IMG/VR virus record: IMGVR_UViG_3300021964_000073
Span: 1 to 58,464 of that record
DNA length: 58,464 nucleotides
Direction: 5' to 3' (one strand)
DNA from: a virus
Taxonomy: Duplodnaviria; Caudoviricetes
Shown here: positions 56,482-58,464 of the stretch, piece after piece
How positions within the stretch are numbered: the stretch's first letter is position 1
Layout: each line of letters opens with the position of its first letter
Position numbers and translations under genes: made by a program
The notes under the pieces: model-generated
What the model was told of the DNA's origin: nothing
The model's database searches: none
The model's input: the letters and a program-made list of their open reading frames with translations, nothing else

Positions 56482-57098
56482 TATCGTTTCTCCACAACCA
56501 TATCAGCAAGACCCCATTCGACTGCTTCTTCGGCAGTCAAGAATGTATCAAACTTCATCGTTTCAGCCATTTCGTCATATGTCTTACCTGCTGTATTGTG
56601 TTTCACATATAATTCTGTAAGACGCTTGTTTACTTTCTTAGACTCTTCCATAGAACGACGAGCATCTTCAAATTCTAACTCTTGTACATATACACTACCG
56701 CTTGTGCCTCGTGTACCACTTGACACTCTGTGAATCATTGTACGACTCTCTGGAAGCACTACACGTTTGCCTTTTGCACCTGCTTGTGCTAAGAATGATC
56801 CCATTGAACATGCCTGACCCATTACAGTAGTTCTTACATCACTCTTGATGTACTGCATTGTATCGTAAATAGCTAGGCCGGCTGTAACTTGTCCGCCGGG
56901 TGAATTAATATATAAATTAATATCTTTTTCTGCATTATCACTTTCTAAGAAAAGCATCTGTGCTACAATCAAGTTAGCCATGTTATCTTCAACAGGACCA
57001 TTAAGCATAATAATGCGGTCTTTCATTAAACGTGAATAGATATCGTATGAGCGTTCGCCTCTGCGTTCTTGCTCAACTACCATAGGTACTAGTGGCAT
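56481..57098 (-). CDS. clpP: ATP-dependent Clp protease proteolytic subunit
   Basis: DIYSRL..DRII, YINSPGG, ACSMGS (Ser), MIH (His), DTFLTAEEA (Asp). Confidence 0.96.
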   Translation of the reverse strand: MPLVPMVVEQERRGERSYDIYSRLMKDRIIMLNGPVEDNMANLIVAQMLFLESDNAEKDINLYINSPGGQVTAGLAIYDTMQYIKSDVRTTVMGQACSMGSFLAQAGAKGKRVVLPESRTMIHRVSSGTRGTSGSVYVQELEFEDARRSMEESKKVNKRLTELYVKHNTAGKTYDEMAETMKFDTFLTAEEAVEWGLADMVVEKR

Positions 57099-57292
57099 TA
57101 TTTGACCTCCATCATAGGATCAACAGTATTACTATCGTGCCAGTCTGATTGATCTGAATTAAATTTACGTGTTGTTACTTCCTTACGTAATATACCATCT
57201 TTGATACGGTACGTAATTAGTTCTTGTTTAACTACACCTGTAGGATCGCTTTCAAAAGCACTTACAAGTGGTCCATCAAATTTGCTACTCAT
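57098..57292 (-). CDS. Hypothetical protein
   Basis: 64-aa ORF coupled on both sides. Confidence 0.6.
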   Translation of the reverse strand: MSSKFDGPLVSAFESDPTGVVKQELITYRIKDGILRKEVTTRKFNSDQSDWHDSNTVDPMMEVK

Positions 57293-57519
57293 CGTCCTCG
57301 TCCTTCTTTTGTTATGTGTTCAATAGGTCCCGGAGTTGTAAATTCGTATCCAAATGCATTACCGACATATACTCTTCCGTTGTATTTCATATGAATCTTA
57401 TTAGTTGCCATTGCAACAATACAATGATCTTTTTCTTTGTAAGACATTACTTCTGCTTCTACAATTCTATCGTTATTAGTACAAGTTACCTTGCATGTTT
57501 CTTCAATGTGCGATTTCAT
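57289..57519 (-). CDS. Hypothetical protein
   Basis: Probable start MKSHIEE with SD AAGGA. Confidence 0.6.
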   Translation of the reverse strand: MKSHIEETCKVTCTNNDRIVEAEVMSYKEKDHCIVAMATNKIHMKYNGRVYVGNAFGYEFTTPGPIEHITKEGRGR

Positions 57520-58138
57520 AATTATCCTTAATATTAACACGATTTACTTCAGTTGTCAACCTTTTTCTTACCATTTTGTGTATACCAGGATTGACTTTTA
57601 ATACGTGATGCATCATATTGTGTCTAATATGATTTCTCATGTAACTGGTATCGTTATTACTTTCATCTTCTAAGTATGGTACATTTTTAATATTGCACCA
57701 AAGCTCTAAATCACGTTTACGGTTATGTCTAAATGGACGAATTACATTTCCTCTAGCATACGGAATAGTTCTACTCTCACCATGCATACTAGTAAACATC
57801 CAAGTTTCAACACAATCATCTAAATGATGTCCCATAACAACTGTTTCTCTAATATTATGTAGGAACTTGTATCTTTCGTCTCTCCAGTGTTCTTCTTGAC
57901 TCTTTTCGGCAGGCTTAGGATGACCTTTAATTTCATCTGAAATAAATTCTAATTTATGTTTAGTACAGTAGTCGTCAAGAAAGTCGTATGCTTCGATACC
58001 GTGCGGTGTTAGGTGATTGTAATAGGCAACTTGTACATCATGATTACGTTTTAGAAAATCTAAAATAGCCATGCTATCTGCGCCGCCTGAACAAGCAACT
58101 ACAACGTTACGTGGAAGTTTTCCTTCGACTTTAATCAT
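57503..58138 (-). CDS. tilS: tRNA(Ile)-lysidine synthetase, catalytic domain only
   Basis: PP-loop SGGADS, RDERY, GHHLDD..ET, IRP, EDESN, RNHIR. Confidence 0.9.
   Translation of the reverse strand: MIKVEGKLPRNVVVACSGGADSMAILDFLKRNHDVQVAYYNHLTPHGIEAYDFLDDYCTKHKLEFISDEIKGHPKPAEKSQEEHWRDERYKFLHNIRETVVMGHHLDDCVETWMFTSMHGESRTIPYARGNVIRPFRHNRKRDLELWCNIKNVPYLEDESNNDTSYMRNHIRHNMMHHVLKVNPGIHKMVRKRLTTEVNRVNIKDNYEIAH
57531..57559 (-). promoter_or_regulatory. sigma70-type promoter inside the tilS 3' end
   Basis: TTGACA-17 nt-TAATAT. Confidence 0.55.
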
Positions 58139-58464
58139 ACTTTATATAACTTTACATAGTTTAGACGAGTTTCGTTAGCACCAAACAATTTATTCTTTGT
58201 TTGTGATTTTACTTTTGCTTTGATACGTTTCATATCGCCTACGTTGTGTTCGAACTTGTTCATAAAACTAATCAAGTTACCGTCTATAACTGCTGTATAG
58301 TTATAGCTCTCCCAATGTGTGCTATAACGCTTGTCAAGAATCTTAGCAACACCTTCAACAACATCTTTTTCTTTGCCTAAGTATTGACTATCGCGGTATT
58401 CTATACGGATCTCTTTTGTTAGTCCTGTTTCGTGTTGATCACGTTTTACAAACTCAGGGATAAA
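58135..58464 (-). CDS. Hypothetical protein (5' end outside window), possible OB fold
   Basis: Open frame of 110 codons ending ...IKAKVKSQ...ETRLNYVKLYKV; ATGA overlap with tilS. Confidence 0.6.
   Translation of the reverse strand, partial: FIPEFVKRDQHETGLTKEIRIEYRDSQYLGKEKDVVEGVAKILDKRYSTHWESYNYTAVIDGNLISFMNKFEHNVGDMKRIKAKVKSQTKNKLFGANETRLNYVKLYKV

Noticed and set aside
600-57531. Many plus-strand ORFs of 60-150 aa in the ORF track
   Set aside because: They are antisense shadows of well-supported minus-strand genes, with no SD or motifs. Only phoH and 44369-44656 are accepted on the plus strand.
1-58464. Alternative genetic code (stop-codon reassignment)
   Set aside because: Genes are full length and tightly packed under code 11; TAG and TGA end genes at sensible positions; no suppressor tRNA is seen.

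Overview
This window is an AT-rich, almost entirely minus-strand segment of a large tailed dsDNA phage (T4-superfamily-like or jumbo myovirus). The host is probably a marine Gram-negative bacterium, possibly an alphaproteobacterium; that assignment is inference. It uses the standard genetic code. Replication and repair genes: family-B DNA polymerase, clamp loader, an isolated DnaE fragment, ATP-dependent ligase, UvsE, exonuclease. Nucleotide and auxiliary metabolism: ThyX, MazG, PhoH, QueD, TilS, ferredoxin, IscA, Trp halogenase, 2OG-Fe(II) oxygenases. Proteostasis: ClpA, ClpP, DnaJ, GroES, parvulin. There is also a lysis cassette (GH19 endolysin, spanins, class-3 lipase, holin candidates), a cluster of probable internal head proteins, a baseplate/tail-fibre module with a virion subtilase, and six tRNAs. 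The standout signal is at 53232-53644: a sigma70 promoter drives a 19-aa leader peptide containing Cys-Trp-Pro-Pro codons, followed by mutually exclusive antiterminator/terminator hairpins and then tRNA-Trp, tRNA-Pro and tRNA-Cys. This looks like a ribosome-mediated transcription attenuator that switches on the phage tRNAs whose codons the leader senses. Other notable signals are a preQ1-I-like pseudoknot in the queD 5' UTR, a tRNA-Ser with the rare ACT anticodon, and systematic apparently leaderless genes (TAARTA-N5-ATG). All calls come from reading motifs by eye; no searches were run.
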